A DNA stretch of 64,000 nt from the NCBI GenBank assembly GCA_965206645.1, contig CBDBKE010000004.1, positions 1,856,001 to 1,920,000 on the forward strand, read 5' to 3'. Numbering within the stretch: position 1 is the stretch's first letter; every line of letters starts with the position of its first letter. The notes under the pieces are model-generated. The model searched no databases. It had not been told where the DNA came from and saw nothing but the letters and a program-made list of their open reading frames with translations. Shown piece by piece: positions 19,869-31,670 of the stretch. The stretch is from Terriglobia bacterium. GTDB lineage: Bacteria > Acidobacteriota > Terriglobia > JAJPHL01 > JAPKYU01. Both the position numbers and the translations under genes were made by a program.

Positions 19869-20094
19869 CGCCACCGCCTCAAAATACGAACTCGCTCCCT
19901 CCATTTTATAGGGCCGCGCAAGATTTGGGAAGGTCTGAAGTCGCCGACCGCAAAATCTCAACCGCCGTCACCCCAGGGGTCCGGAAAGGCCGATATTAGC
20001 GCGGTTCTGGATCCCAGGAAACCGTTCGACCCCAATTGCGCCCTCCAGCTCCAGCAGGGAAGTCTCGGGTTGAATCCATGACCTGAGAGCGTGG

Positions 20095-22473
20095 TCAAAA
20101 GGTGAACCGTATCCCGGCGTTAACCTGTCGGAACATGCCCGGCTGGATGCCCTGGGGAGCGCGAGAGGAAATATAAATCTCGTCCGTCAGGTTCTTGATC
20201 GTGAAGTAAGGTTTGAGCTGGAGGCGCTCCCGCTGGATCGTATAGTCGAACCCCAGATTCCAAATCATGTAGCCAGGCAATAGTCCGATTGTGCCGTCGG
20301 GTGAGGGCGTAATGGTGTTTAGGTTGTCTCCGAACTGCTTGTTTATGTAGCTGGCGTCGAGTTGGAAGCCGAATCTCCCAGGCTGCCGAAAGCCAACCAT
20401 AAAAGAAGAAGTAGTTCTCGGTGCGTAAGGAAGGCGATTGTCCGCAAAAAGGAAATTGCGCGTAAACTTGGCCGTCGGCAGATACATGTGTCGAATATCG
20501 GTATAAATCACCCACGAGCTGCCGACCAGCTCGTTCCAATTGACGCGCAGGCTGGCTTCCAGGCCTTGGTGGAGGGTCTCCCCACCATTGATCAGCGTAG
20601 TGGTGGCACCACCGGATTCCGCCGCCGGGATGATCTGGTTTTCGAAGTCCATCCGGAAGAAGGTGACCTCGCCCCGCACAACCCGCTGGGGACCGAAGCG
20701 AACGCCAGTTTCGTAGTTCCAGCTCAACTCCGCATCCAGGTCCAGCGACTGCCCCTCCCGCGTGATTGCATCTTTGGTGCGCGGGGGCGCGAAGCCGCGA
20801 TGCACGCCGCCAAACACGGTCACCGTCGGGTCCAGTTGATAGGATAGGCCCAACCCCGGTACCGCTTTGACCAAGTCCTGACTTTTCCGGATGTTCACGT
20901 CTGTCGGAACGCCATCGACACGCTGCCGCAGAATGTGTCGTTCGTAGCCGTATTTTTCGATCCGAACGCCGGGCGTCAAGATCAGCTTCTGAGTAAGAAA
21001 GAAGCGGTTCTGGACAAAGACGGACACGGCGTTACCGAAACGGTCTTCGTAGTCCCGAATCAGCCCCGTTGAGGAGTCGAAGCGGTCGCCATTGATGCGC
21101 TTGTCGTCCGCATCTTCGTAGAGATAGCGGATTCCAGTATCGAGTTTGTTGCGGATCCCCCCCCACCTGTGTTCGTAGGAGAGGTTGCTCTGAATGCCGA
21201 CCACCTGGAACTCCCGATTTCGGTTGCCGGCGGAATTCCGAAGAAAAACCCCGCCCCCCAGAATGGTGGGGTCGCCGGCGATACCGAGATAATCTCTCCC
21301 GCTATCACCACGGTCCCAATCCTGCCGCCGCCAATTACGGACCGTGTTGTAAGCGAAGAAGGTTGTCATCAAGACAGCATTCGGACTCAGCCCGGTCGTG
21401 TGGGCGATGGAACCCGAATGCCGCCGCACTCCCAACAGGTCGTTCGGCACAGCGTTTCGGGTAGGGTCGGCCAGGAACATGGGCGTGGTGAGCCCCAGGT
21501 AAGTGGAGTTGGAACGTTCATCATAGACGCCGAGCTTGATTGCGAAGCTGTGATTCTTCGCGGGCTTCAGCGTGAACTTAGACTGGACATCGTTAATATC
21601 AAAATAGAAGTCGCGAAAACCGTCTCCTTGCTTGCGGAGAAAGCTGAGGAACCAACCGCTCGACTGGTCGCGGCTGCTACCGCCGAGAGAAGCTCTTCCG
21701 CTGAAGAACCCGCGTTGGCCGCCCGCCAAATCCAATTCTCCGCGTGTGCTAGGCGGGGGATCGGGCGTGACGAAATTCAAGACGCCCCCTATGGTCTGGG
21801 GACCGTGTGCGATCTGCCCGCTGCCTTTGAGAACTTCGATGCGCCGCATGCGTTCAACAGGCGGAGAATAGTACATCTCGGGCTCTCCGTAGGGCGCCAG
21901 GGAGATCGGAATGCCATCTTCCAGCATGAGCACTTTCCTGCTCCGGTCTGGGTTGAGCCCGCGGAGACCCACATTCAACCTCATGGCTACAGGACCGGAG
22001 TCCTCGCGAAGGTTCACGCCGGGCACACGTCGCAGCACCTCATTGGCATCGATGGGTTTGGAATCGCGCAACTCTTCCTTCGCGATCAGGAAAACCGAGC
22101 CCGGAATCTCTCTTAGGACATCGCGCGACTCCCCGACCACCTCGATCGAGGTTGCACTGCTGCGTACGGCTGCGAACCGGAAATCGTGACGGAGAATGCC
22201 CCCGGCTGGCACCTGGACTTGAGCTTCTACCGCCTCGAAATCGTCCGACAGGACACGCATTGTGTACCTTCCAGCAGCGACGTTTCGGATCTCGTAGTGG
22301 CCAGTTCCGTTCGTCCAGGCCTGCATCCCGCTCTGGATTAGCTCTACCCTCACACCCATGACCGGCACGCCTAGGGGATCGGTGACGACGCCCTGGATTG
22401 TCTGAGCTCCCAGACCCGTGGGCGCAATTGCGAACAGAGCAAGTAGACCGACCGAGCGGTAAAGCGATCTCAT
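20095..22473 (-). CDS. TonB-dependent receptor, FecA-like iron transporter
   Basis: Carboxypeptidase-regulatory-like N-domain, plug (RGLNPDRS, DGIPI..APYGEP, IEVLKGSG) and a C-terminal F. Confidence 0.93.
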   Translation of the reverse strand: MRSLYRSVGLLALFAIAPTGLGAQTIQGVVTDPLGVPVMGVRVELIQSGMQAWTNGTGHYEIRNVAAGRYTMRVLSDDFEAVEAQVQVPAGGILRHDFRFAAVRSSATSIEVVGESRDVLREIPGSVFLIAKEELRDSKPIDANEVLRRVPGVNLREDSGPVAMRLNVGLRGLNPDRSRKVLMLEDGIPISLAPYGEPEMYYSPPVERMRRIEVLKGSGQIAHGPQTIGGVLNFVTPDPPPSTRGELDLAGGQRGFFSGRASLGGSSRDQSSGWFLSFLRKQGDGFRDFYFDINDVQSKFTLKPAKNHSFAIKLGVYDERSNSTYLGLTTPMFLADPTRNAVPNDLLGVRRHSGSIAHTTGLSPNAVLMTTFFAYNTVRNWRRQDWDRGDSGRDYLGIAGDPTILGGGVFLRNSAGNRNREFQVVGIQSNLSYEHRWGGIRNKLDTGIRYLYEDADDKRINGDRFDSSTGLIRDYEDRFGNAVSVFVQNRFFLTQKLILTPGVRIEKYGYERHILRQRVDGVPTDVNIRKSQDLVKAVPGLGLSYQLDPTVTVFGGVHRGFAPPRTKDAITREGQSLDLDAELSWNYETGVRFGPQRVVRGEVTFFRMDFENQIIPAAESGGATTTLINGGETLHQGLEASLRVNWNELVGSSWVIYTDIRHMYLPTAKFTRNFLFADNRLPYAPRTTSSFMVGFRQPGRFGFQLDASYINKQFGDNLNTITPSPDGTIGLLPGYMIWNLGFDYTIQRERLQLKPYFTIKNLTDEIYISSRAPQGIQPGMFRQVNAGIRFTF

Positions 22474-22511
22474 ACGGTAGGAGTTCTTCTCAGGTAGGAA
22501 ACTCGGCCTAG

Positions 22512-22767
22512 TTGCAATAAAATTTCAATTGCTTGCGAGATGTCGGGGCTGACTGCGACTGCGCGCCGCTCCGAGTCCATATCAGTCCTGCATCGGGAGC
22601 CCAGGGTTCCCGGACACAAGACCAGACGCGCATGCCGTACAGGAGCGAATTGCATGCCGAGCCCTTCTAGATGCAACTAAGTTTCAACTAGATTTTAGTC
22701 TCTGGAGCTTTTACAGTCAAGGCGGAGGTGGCGAATGGAGTGCTTTTTTGTTGCAAAGAAGTTGCAC
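22512..22767. promoter_or_regulatory. Three related 17-bp pseudo-palindromes upstream of the TonB receptor (candidate iron-regulator boxes)
   Basis: TTGCAATAAAATTTCAA (22512), ATGCAACTAAGTTTCAA (22671) and TTGCAAAGAAGTTGCAC (22751). Confidence 0.55.
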
Positions 22768-22800
22768 CTAGGAAGTCCTTCAACTCCGCAGTGGCTACCT

Positions 22801-24411
<1,611 letters not shown>

Positions 24412-24516
24412 GTTTGTCGAGTCGCCCCCGCTGCTGTTAGAAGAACCGGAGCATGATACCACAGCACGGCAAAGCCGCATTGCGGCGTCCGCTTTGCTAT
24501 ACTCTTGAGGACAGTC

Positions 24517-24777
24517 ATGTTTGCGCGGCGGCTCCGGATCGAGATTAAAGAAGACGCAGGCGTCCGCCTTTGCCCGCTGGAGTGGCTGGACCGCTTCTTC
24601 ATGCGCCACTTCACCGGGCTGAGCGCCCTGGAGGATACGCTGCCGACAGCGGAAGGCAGGCTGGAAGCGGGTTTCAACGTGGATCTGGACTTCCTGCACC
24701 AAAACTTTGAAGACTGGCTCCGGGGGCACAAGATGCTCGGCCCTGGGGCTCAACTGAGGATCATTGCTGAATCATGA
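24517..24777 (+). CDS. Small hypothetical protein
   Basis: GAGG RBS; stop overlaps the next ATG (ATGA); globular-looking sequence. Confidence 0.65.
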   Translation: MFARRLRIEIKEDAGVRLCPLEWLDRFFMRHFTGLSALEDTLPTAEGRLEAGFNVDLDFLHQNFEDWLRGHKMLGPGAQLRIIAES

Positions 24778-25961
24778 AGACGCTCGAACCTCCGCACCGA
24801 ATTCTGATGGGCCCCGGACCGAGCAATGTGGACTACCGCGTATACCGGGCGCTGACCACGCCCATCGTTGGCCATCTGGATCCGGAATTCCTGGAGATCA
24901 TGGACGATGTCCAGGAGAGGCTGCGCCGTATTTTCCGTACTTCGAACCCGTTGACCATTCCGGTTTCCGGAACCGGCAGCGCTGGCATGGAAGCAGCGCT
25001 GGTGAATTTTATTGAGCCAAAAGACACGGTGGTCGTCTGCGCGGGTGGAGTGTTTGCTGAGCGCATGTGCGACATCGCCGAGCGCACCGGCGCGCGCCTG
25101 CTTCGCGTGGAGACGGAGTGGGGGACGGCCACCGATCCGGCGCGAGTGGAAGCGGTCCTGCGGTCGGCTCCTGGACCGGTGAAGCTGCTGGCGGTTGTGC
25201 ATGGGGAGACATCCACCGGCGTGCTCCAGCCATTGGAGCCCTTGGCGAGTCTGGCCCGACAGTTCGGAACTCTGTTCGTGGTGGATACGGTGGCCACGTT
25301 GGGCGGGGCGCCGGTGGAGGTTGACGGCACTGAAATTGATGTGTGCTACAGCGGCTCGCAAAAGTGCTTGAGCTGCCCACCCGGCCTGGCTCCCATTACT
25401 CTTTCCCCGCGGGCTAATGATCTGCTGCAACGGCGCAAGACCAAAGTGCAGAGCTGGTATCTGGACCTCTCGATGGTGCAAAAGTACTGGGGCGCCGAAC
25501 GCACCTACCACCACACCGCGCCGATCTCCATGATCTACGCTCTGGACGAGGCGCTCCGGCTGGTGGAAGAGGAAGGCCTGGAGGAGCGTTGGAGACGGCA
25601 CGAGCGGAACATGGAAGCGCTGTTGGGGGGCCTGGAGGCTCTCGGCTTGCGTGCGCTGCCCGCTGCCGAGCATCGCATGCCCACACTGGCCGCTGTGCAT
25701 GTGCCGGACGGGGTCGACGAGGCGGGCATCCGCTCCCGACTGCTGGGCCGCTACAACATCGAGATTGCCGGCGGACTGGGCCGCTTCCGCGGGCGGCTCT
25801 GGCGCATCGGCCTGATGGGTACTTCCTCCAGCGAGTCGAATGTCCTGTTGCTGCTGGCTGCGCTGGAGACCTTGCTGCACGAAGAGGGATTCCTCACCGC
25901 CAGCGGCCGAGGGGTGGCTGCTGCCCAGCACCTGCTGGCGCAGGCACCGGTGAGAGGATAA
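24774..25961 (+). CDS. Alanine/serine-glyoxylate aminotransferase (class V PLP)
   Basis: LMGPGPS, HGETSTG, SGSQKCL and YHHT. Confidence 0.93.
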   Translation: MKTLEPPHRILMGPGPSNVDYRVYRALTTPIVGHLDPEFLEIMDDVQERLRRIFRTSNPLTIPVSGTGSAGMEAALVNFIEPKDTVVVCAGGVFAERMCDIAERTGARLLRVETEWGTATDPARVEAVLRSAPGPVKLLAVVHGETSTGVLQPLEPLASLARQFGTLFVVDTVATLGGAPVEVDGTEIDVCYSGSQKCLSCPPGLAPITLSPRANDLLQRRKTKVQSWYLDLSMVQKYWGAERTYHHTAPISMIYALDEALRLVEEEGLEERWRRHERNMEALLGGLEALGLRALPAAEHRMPTLAAVHVPDGVDEAGIRSRLLGRYNIEIAGGLGRFRGRLWRIGLMGTSSSESNVLLLLAALETLLHEEGFLTASGRGVAAAQHLLAQAPVRG

Positions 25962-26086
25962 TCCTGCTGTCTCGGTGCGGTGTCACGTCCGGCGCCAGCC
26001 GGGACTGGTTGAGTCAGGCTTCTCTCCCGCGCCCTGCAAGCATCGGGCTGGCTGATGATACTTGGGAGGGTAGCTACGGCGCTGGA

Positions 26087-27940
26087 CTAGGAGGCTTTCA
26101 GCAGTTTCAGCACCATCAAGACCTTGTCGTCCAGGTGGGTGCCGGCGTCGGCGAAGGAAGAAACCTGGTGGGCCACCTTGTCCACTATCTGCTGGGCGGA
26201 AAGGTGGCGGTGCGCCCGCGCCACTTCCACCAGCCGTTCTAGACCAAATTCTTCCTTCTCGGCGTTCTGGGCCTTGGTGATGCCGTCCGTGCAGCACAGC
26301 AGGACGTCGCCGGGCAGGAGCTTCAACGAGGCCCGCTTGTATTCGGCGGCATCGAACAGACCAATCACCGTCCCCCCCTCTTCCAGCTTCAATACTTCCC
26401 CGTTGGCGCGCACCACGATGGGCGGAATGTGGCCGGCGTTGATGTAGTGCAGGCCTGTCCTGCGCGTGTCCACCAGGCCCAGGAAGATACTCAGGAACTT
26501 CTCGGCGTGGGTGTCGGCCAGAATCATCTCATTCAGCGAGAGAGTGATGACTTCCAGCGAGTGCAGGTGCATCACCAGTGCTCGTAAGGTGGCCTGCAGG
26601 TTGGACATGGTCAGAGCCGAGCTGACACCCTTGCCTTCCACGTCGGCTATCACGACCAGCAGCGTGTTGGGCCCCAGAGTCAAGAAGTCGTAATAGTCGC
26701 CGCCCACTTCGTAACTGGGTTCATTGAGCACGGCGATGTCGAAGCCGGGAACCACAGGCGGTGCGTCGGGAAGCAGGCCCCGCTGGATGCGGCGGGCCAG
26801 GGCCAGCTCCCGCTCCAGCCATTGCTTCTCCAGTAGCTCCCGGTGCAGCCGGGCGTTTTCCAGCGCCAGCGCCATGTGCACCGAAAGAGTGTTCAGAAAT
26901 TCCTCGTCTTCGCGGGCGAAGCGGCCTTCCCTTTTGTTCAGCAATTGCAGGATACCGACAATCTCCCCGGTGCGGTTGCGAATGGGAGCGCAGAGCAGGT
27001 TCTGGGTTCGGTAGTGGAACCTCTCGTCGAAGCTGGGATCAAAATGGGGACTGCTGTACGCATCGTCGATGTTCAGCGTCTGGCCGGTTTGGGCGACATA
27101 GCCAGCCACTCCCTGTCCAAAGGCAAGCCGGATTTCCTGCTCCTCCAGGCCGTGGGCTACGATGGTCCAGACTTCCCTCCGATCCTGATCGACCAGAAAA
27201 ACGCTGCCGCGGTCGGCGTTGGTCTCCTTGCAGGCCAGGTTCAGAATCAGGTCCAGCAAGTCGCCAAGATTCAAGGTGGAATTCAGCACCTGGCTGGCTT
27301 CCACCAGGAACTGGAGTTGGGTGATGGCTTTTCGGCTCTCGCTCAGGGCGCGCGCGCTGTCCAGAGTGGCGCCCGTCATGGCTGCGTAAATCTGCGCCCA
27401 GCCCGGCGCTTCCGGAGGTGGCTGCTTGCGGCAATAGATGGCCAGCAATCCAGCAGGCCGGTTACTCACCTGCAAGGGCTGGGCCAGCATGTATTTGGCG
27501 CCGTTGCGGCGCGCCCAGGCCAGGAATTGCTTACCGGCTTGTTTCAGTGGACTGGCCTGGGGCCCGGCCAGAGTCGCATAGTGTTGGCCTAGGATCGGGT
27601 CGGGCTCCGGTGGTTTGCCACGGCGGGCCAGCGCGGATTGACGAATCCATCCGTTATCTGGGCCGTCGTGAGGCGCCTTGTGAGGCAGGCCAGGGACCCA
27701 CACCTCGGCCAGTACCGCGTCAAAGTGGTCGATCGACGATTGCGCCAGTTCCGTAACCAGGACCGCCGGGTCGGCGGTGCCCGCCAGCTTCTCGATGGCG
27801 CGGGAAACGGTCTCCACATAGCGGTCGGTGGTTTTGGCAACCCGGCCAACCCGTCGAGCCGCTACGCGGAGACTGGCACGGGGTTTCTCTTTACGCTTGC
27901 TCAAAGACTGCTCTTTGCTGCCCTTCCGGCGGGTCTGCAC
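26087..27940 (-). CDS. GAF-domain SpoIIE/PP2C (RsbU-like) phosphatase
   Basis: Two GAF-like regions, VGGDYYD, IADVEGKG, TDG and DD motifs. Confidence 0.93.
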   Translation of the reverse strand: MQTRRKGSKEQSLSKRKEKPRASLRVAARRVGRVAKTTDRYVETVSRAIEKLAGTADPAVLVTELAQSSIDHFDAVLAEVWVPGLPHKAPHDGPDNGWIRQSALARRGKPPEPDPILGQHYATLAGPQASPLKQAGKQFLAWARRNGAKYMLAQPLQVSNRPAGLLAIYCRKQPPPEAPGWAQIYAAMTGATLDSARALSESRKAITQLQFLVEASQVLNSTLNLGDLLDLILNLACKETNADRGSVFLVDQDRREVWTIVAHGLEEQEIRLAFGQGVAGYVAQTGQTLNIDDAYSSPHFDPSFDERFHYRTQNLLCAPIRNRTGEIVGILQLLNKREGRFAREDEEFLNTLSVHMALALENARLHRELLEKQWLERELALARRIQRGLLPDAPPVVPGFDIAVLNEPSYEVGGDYYDFLTLGPNTLLVVIADVEGKGVSSALTMSNLQATLRALVMHLHSLEVITLSLNEMILADTHAEKFLSIFLGLVDTRRTGLHYINAGHIPPIVVRANGEVLKLEEGGTVIGLFDAAEYKRASLKLLPGDVLLCCTDGITKAQNAEKEEFGLERLVEVARAHRHLSAQQIVDKVAHQVSSFADAGTHLDDKVLMVLKLLKAS

Positions 27941-28083
27941 AATCGAAGGCTCTTCCTGGTCAGGAAATCTGTACTATACCATGAACGAACTTTTTCGAAT
28001 CCGATGGGCCGGGTCCGCTTGCTTCACCACCGCGCGCGCACGGGAAAGCGGCAGGACGGCCCGGCGAGGCAAGAGGCCATACA

Positions 28084-28419
28084 ATGGAATACAGAAACTT
28101 TGAGTGTGTTTCCCAGGCAGGTGGCACCCGTTATCACTGCTCCTTCATTTTCCTTCAGACCGCCATTTCCCTGCGCCATAGCGACACGGTGGACGTCCGC
28201 TACATGGTGAACGGAAAGCGCATCACAGTCGCCCTGCCGCACGTGGCTTTTACCGAGTACAAGCGGCGCGCCGGGCGCGACCTCACCGACGAGGAGGCGG
28301 GCGCGATCGCTGCGCGATACCTGGAAGAAGTGCTGGAGAGAGGCGGAGAAGTGGAGGATCTTACCGTGCCAATGGAGCGGGTCCTGGAGCTCACTGCCGG
28401 AGCGGCGGCTCCGGGGTAG
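28084..28419 (+). CDS. Hypothetical protein
   Basis: GAGG RBS and host-like codon usage. Confidence 0.7.
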   Translation: MEYRNFECVSQAGGTRYHCSFIFLQTAISLRHSDTVDVRYMVNGKRITVALPHVAFTEYKRRAGRDLTDEEAGAIAARYLEEVLERGGEVEDLTVPMERVLELTAGAAAPG

Positions 28420-28558
28420 TCCCCCCGCGGGGGTCTGAGCGAATGCCTCCTCAGAAGGCAAAGGCCCGATCCTGCGGCCCGTGGTTGCGCTGAGGAGGCG
28501 CATGAGCATAGACTCGTGCACCCAAAGAGGCGAAACTGAAAGTTCAGAGGAGGGATAT

Positions 28559-28864
28559 ATGCGATTCTTGATCAAGGTTTCATGGCCCGTAGAGGCAGGC
28601 AATGCAGCGGCAAGAGACGGTTTCAAAGCTGTCCCGTCAATCCTTGAAGAGCTGAAGCCCGAGGCAGCGTATTTTTACGAAGAGAATGGAAAGAGAACGA
28701 CGTTGCTTGTTGTCGATCTTCAGGACGCATCACAGATACCTGCCATAGCAGAGCCGTGGTTCATCGGGTTCAATGCCGCCGTCGAGTTCCACCCGGCAAT
28801 GGTTGCCAAGGACCTCGAGAAGGCCGGGCCCGCCATCGAGAAAGCGGTTAAGAAATACGGCTAG
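28559..28864 (+). CDS. Small ferredoxin-fold hypothetical protein (GYD/DUF3303-like)
   Basis: GAGG RBS; KPEAAYF..ENGKRT..D.SQIPAIAEPWF pattern. Confidence 0.8.
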   Translation: MRFLIKVSWPVEAGNAAARDGFKAVPSILEELKPEAAYFYEENGKRTTLLVVDLQDASQIPAIAEPWFIGFNAAVEFHPAMVAKDLEKAGPAIEKAVKKYG

Positions 28865-28934
28865 GCACCAAAGTCGCTCCGGGAGCGATCGTGCCGCCTG
28901 CGGGCTTCTGTTATGATGAGAAGTGAGAGGCGGC

Positions 28935-29165
28935 ATGAAGCTGAAGGTGGAAAGCTACTCCGGCTACAAGGCGGACCAACGGCCCACCCGCTTTACCCTG
29001 CAGGGGCGCACCTTTCAGGTGGAGGAGGTGATGGACCGCTGGCACGGTCCCGACCACGCCTACTTCAAAGTGCGCGCCGACGATTCCAACATCTACATCC
29101 TGAAACATCTTCCCAGCGCGGGTGAGTGGAGCTTGGAAATGTTCCGCCAAGCCGGCCGCGACTAG
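28935..29165 (+). CDS. Small conserved hypothetical protein (DUF6504-like)
   Basis: VESYSGYKADQRP..F...V.EV.DRW.GP...YFKV pattern. Confidence 0.75.
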   Translation: MKLKVESYSGYKADQRPTRFTLQGRTFQVEEVMDRWHGPDHAYFKVRADDSNIYILKHLPSAGEWSLEMFRQAGRD

Positions 29166-29256
29166 TCACGTTGGGAAGCTAATGGCCCTTCTGAGTTGAA
29201 TAGGCGGGACAACTCCGCGAAGCATGTAGCGCGCCGCCTAGCCTGCCATGAACTGG

Positions 29257-29664
29257 CTATGAACTGGCCATGAACTGGTAAGCAGCACGCACCAACTTCT
29301 TGTTCGCGGTCGGGCGTATCTGTTTCCAATCTCTGATCTTGACGTGACGCATGCCTTTTCCCGTGCCTGCGAGTAAGCCGTCAGGATCCGGCAGTTTGGC
29401 GCCCTGTAGAAAGTACAGAGAGACGCTATCTTTCAGGGGCATGATCCCGCAAAACATGGTGGACATCGGCACGGGTTTCCCCAGGGAGATCTTGCCGCGC
29501 GAGTACATGATGACGCGCCACCCCATATAAACGCGCTCCGAGCACCCAGGCACGGCGGAGCGCACCAGGCGCCGCAGCGCTTTGGTCCATTGGCATACTT
29601 TCGGTGAGCGCCCCCTCAAGAGATCCTCTATGGTCCCAGTTCTTGTCTTCATCTTCTTTGGCAT
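29257..29664 (-). CDS. DUF1801 (YdhG-like) protein
   Basis: L.F.QGAKLPDPDGLLAGTGKGMRHVK. Confidence 0.85.
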   Translation of the reverse strand: MPKKMKTRTGTIEDLLRGRSPKVCQWTKALRRLVRSAVPGCSERVYMGWRVIMYSRGKISLGKPVPMSTMFCGIMPLKDSVSLYFLQGAKLPDPDGLLAGTGKGMRHVKIRDWKQIRPTANKKLVRAAYQFMASS

Positions 29665-29754
29665 CTTGGCTTCCTCGCAGCCAATACTTCCTTGTGGCTG
29701 AGCGTACTGCTTCCTCTCGTCCCTCCTATTGTGCAGTCGCGGCCGTTGGTGGGG

Positions 29755-31212
29755 TCAGTACTTGGGGACGCGCGGGTCTACCTGGTCGCTCCAGGCCAGG
29801 ATTCCGCCCTTCATGTTCTTCACCTTGCGGAAACCCGCCTTACGCAGGAAGTCCACCGCCTGTGCGCTGCGCATGCCGCTGCGGCAGTGGGCGACAATCT
29901 CGTCGGCCGAGTTCAGTTCGTGCACCCGCGCCGGCAGCTCACCCAGCGGGATCAGGTGACCGTTGATGTTGCAGATCTGGTATTCGTGCGGCTCGCGCAC
30001 GTCCAGGATAAACAGCCCCTCTCCCCCGTCCAGCTTCTTCTTGACCTCCAAGGGAGTGGTTTCGGGCACGGCCACTTCGGGCGCTTGTTCTTCACCACGG
30101 ATGCCACAGAACTCCTGGTAGTCAATCAGCTCGCGGATGGTGGGGTGAGCGCCGCACGCCGGGCAATCGGGATTCTTGCGCAGCTTCAGCTCGCGGAAGC
30201 GCATCGCCAGCGCGTCCACCAGCAGCAGGCGCCCCACCAGCGGCTGGCCCTTGCCCAGAATCAGCTTGACGGCTTCGGTGGCCTGAATCACCCCCAGCAG
30301 GCCGGGCAGAATGCCCAGCACACCGCCTTCGGCGCAGCTCGGCACCAGGCCGGGGGGAGGCGGCTCGGGATAGAGGCAGCGGTAGCAGGGTCCTTCCTTT
30401 AGGCCAAAGACCGAAGCCTGGCCTTCGAAGCGGAAGATGCTGGCGTAGACGTTCGGCTTGCCCAGCAGCACGCAGGCATCGTTGACCAGGTAGCGCGTGG
30501 GGAAGTTATCGGTGCCGTCGGCGATGATGTCGAAATCCTTGAATATGTCCAGGGCATTCTCCCTGGACAGGCGCGTTTCGTAGGGGACCACTTCGACGCT
30601 GGGATTCAGTTCGCGCAAGCGGTCGCGGGCCGAATCCAGCTTCGGGCGGCCCACGTCGCCGGTGCCGTGGATGACCTGGCGCTGGAGGTTGGTGAAGTCC
30701 ACCACATCGAAGTCCACCATGCCCAACGTGCCCACTCCGGCGGCGGCCAGGTAGAGGGCCAGCGGCGAGCCGAGTCCGCCGGCGCCGATGCACAACACCC
30801 GCGCCTGTTTCAGCTTGAGCTGCCCCTCCATGGCAACCTCGGGCATGATCAAGTGGCGGCTGTAGCGAAGGATCTCTTCATTGCTCAGCTTCACCCCGGC
30901 AGCCGCCGCGGCCGGGGACTTTCCGACCTGGACGGACAAACCTCCGGCAATCGAAGGAACGATGCTGATCACGTCCGACTCCTTGACACCGGTGCTTTCC
31001 TTGCTGAGGTAGCGGATGTCTTCGTCATTCACGTACACGTTGACAAAGCTGCGCAGCCGGCCGTCGTCGGTGTAGAGGTGCTTGCGCAGGTCGGTGTACT
31101 GGGTCGTCAGGTTCCCCAGCACTTCGCTGACGGTATGGCCTGCGACTTCCACAGTCTCTTGCCGCTCGGTGTATTGGCGCAGCGGCGTGGGAATCAGGAC
31201 TTTAGCTGGCAT
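29755..31212 (-). CDS. moeB: MoaD/CysO-like sulfur carrier fused to MoeB (ThiF) and rhodanese domains (MoeZ-type)
   Basis: N-terminal ubiquitin-like domain ending internally in SIAGG; RYSRH, GAGGLG, CYRC, CPAC and the rhodanese motif HCRSGMRS. Confidence 0.93.
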   Translation of the reverse strand: MPAKVLIPTPLRQYTERQETVEVAGHTVSEVLGNLTTQYTDLRKHLYTDDGRLRSFVNVYVNDEDIRYLSKESTGVKESDVISIVPSIAGGLSVQVGKSPAAAAAGVKLSNEEILRYSRHLIMPEVAMEGQLKLKQARVLCIGAGGLGSPLALYLAAAGVGTLGMVDFDVVDFTNLQRQVIHGTGDVGRPKLDSARDRLRELNPSVEVVPYETRLSRENALDIFKDFDIIADGTDNFPTRYLVNDACVLLGKPNVYASIFRFEGQASVFGLKEGPCYRCLYPEPPPPGLVPSCAEGGVLGILPGLLGVIQATEAVKLILGKGQPLVGRLLLVDALAMRFRELKLRKNPDCPACGAHPTIRELIDYQEFCGIRGEEQAPEVAVPETTPLEVKKKLDGGEGLFILDVREPHEYQICNINGHLIPLGELPARVHELNSADEIVAHCRSGMRSAQAVDFLRKAGFRKVKNMKGGILAWSDQVDPRVPKY

Positions 31213-31660
31213 GGTTTTCCACTTCCTCCAGAGTGCGAAACGCGGTCTCCATTGTCTCACGGTTGAATTGGGAGCGGTCTTCGGCCAGCTCCCAACTGGC
31301 GACCTCGCCCGGGGTCCCCTGCTGGACCGAAACGATGATGTAGGAGAACCAGGGCCAGGCGTGTTCCTGGTCGTATTGGCTGGGCCGGGCCGGGTGATCC
31401 GGGTGCGAGTGATAGAAGCCCAGAATGTCCAGCTTCTGCTCGCGGGCGTAGCGCTCGCTGGCACGGAAGTCCGAGGGCGAGATCAGAAAACGATTGTGCG
31501 GGGAATCGTGCCGCACGTTCTCCACCGCCCGGACCTCCACCACCAGCTTCCACCCGTTCACTTCCCTGCCCAACAGCATGCCGCAGCACTCGTGCGGGTA
31601 GGCGCGGCGAGCGTGCTCGTTCACTCTGGTTAGCTCGGGGGGCAGGATTGCCAGGCTCAT
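31202..31660 (-). CDS. JAB/MPN+ metallopeptidase (M67, Mec-like)
   Basis: YPHECCG, GFYHSHPDHPARPSQYD. Confidence 0.93.
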   Translation of the reverse strand: MSLAILPPELTRVNEHARRAYPHECCGMLLGREVNGWKLVVEVRAVENVRHDSPHNRFLISPSDFRASERYAREQKLDILGFYHSHPDHPARPSQYDQEHAWPWFSYIIVSVQQGTPGEVASWELAEDRSQFNRETMETAFRTLEEVENHAS

Positions 31661-31670
31661 CCCTCAGCGC

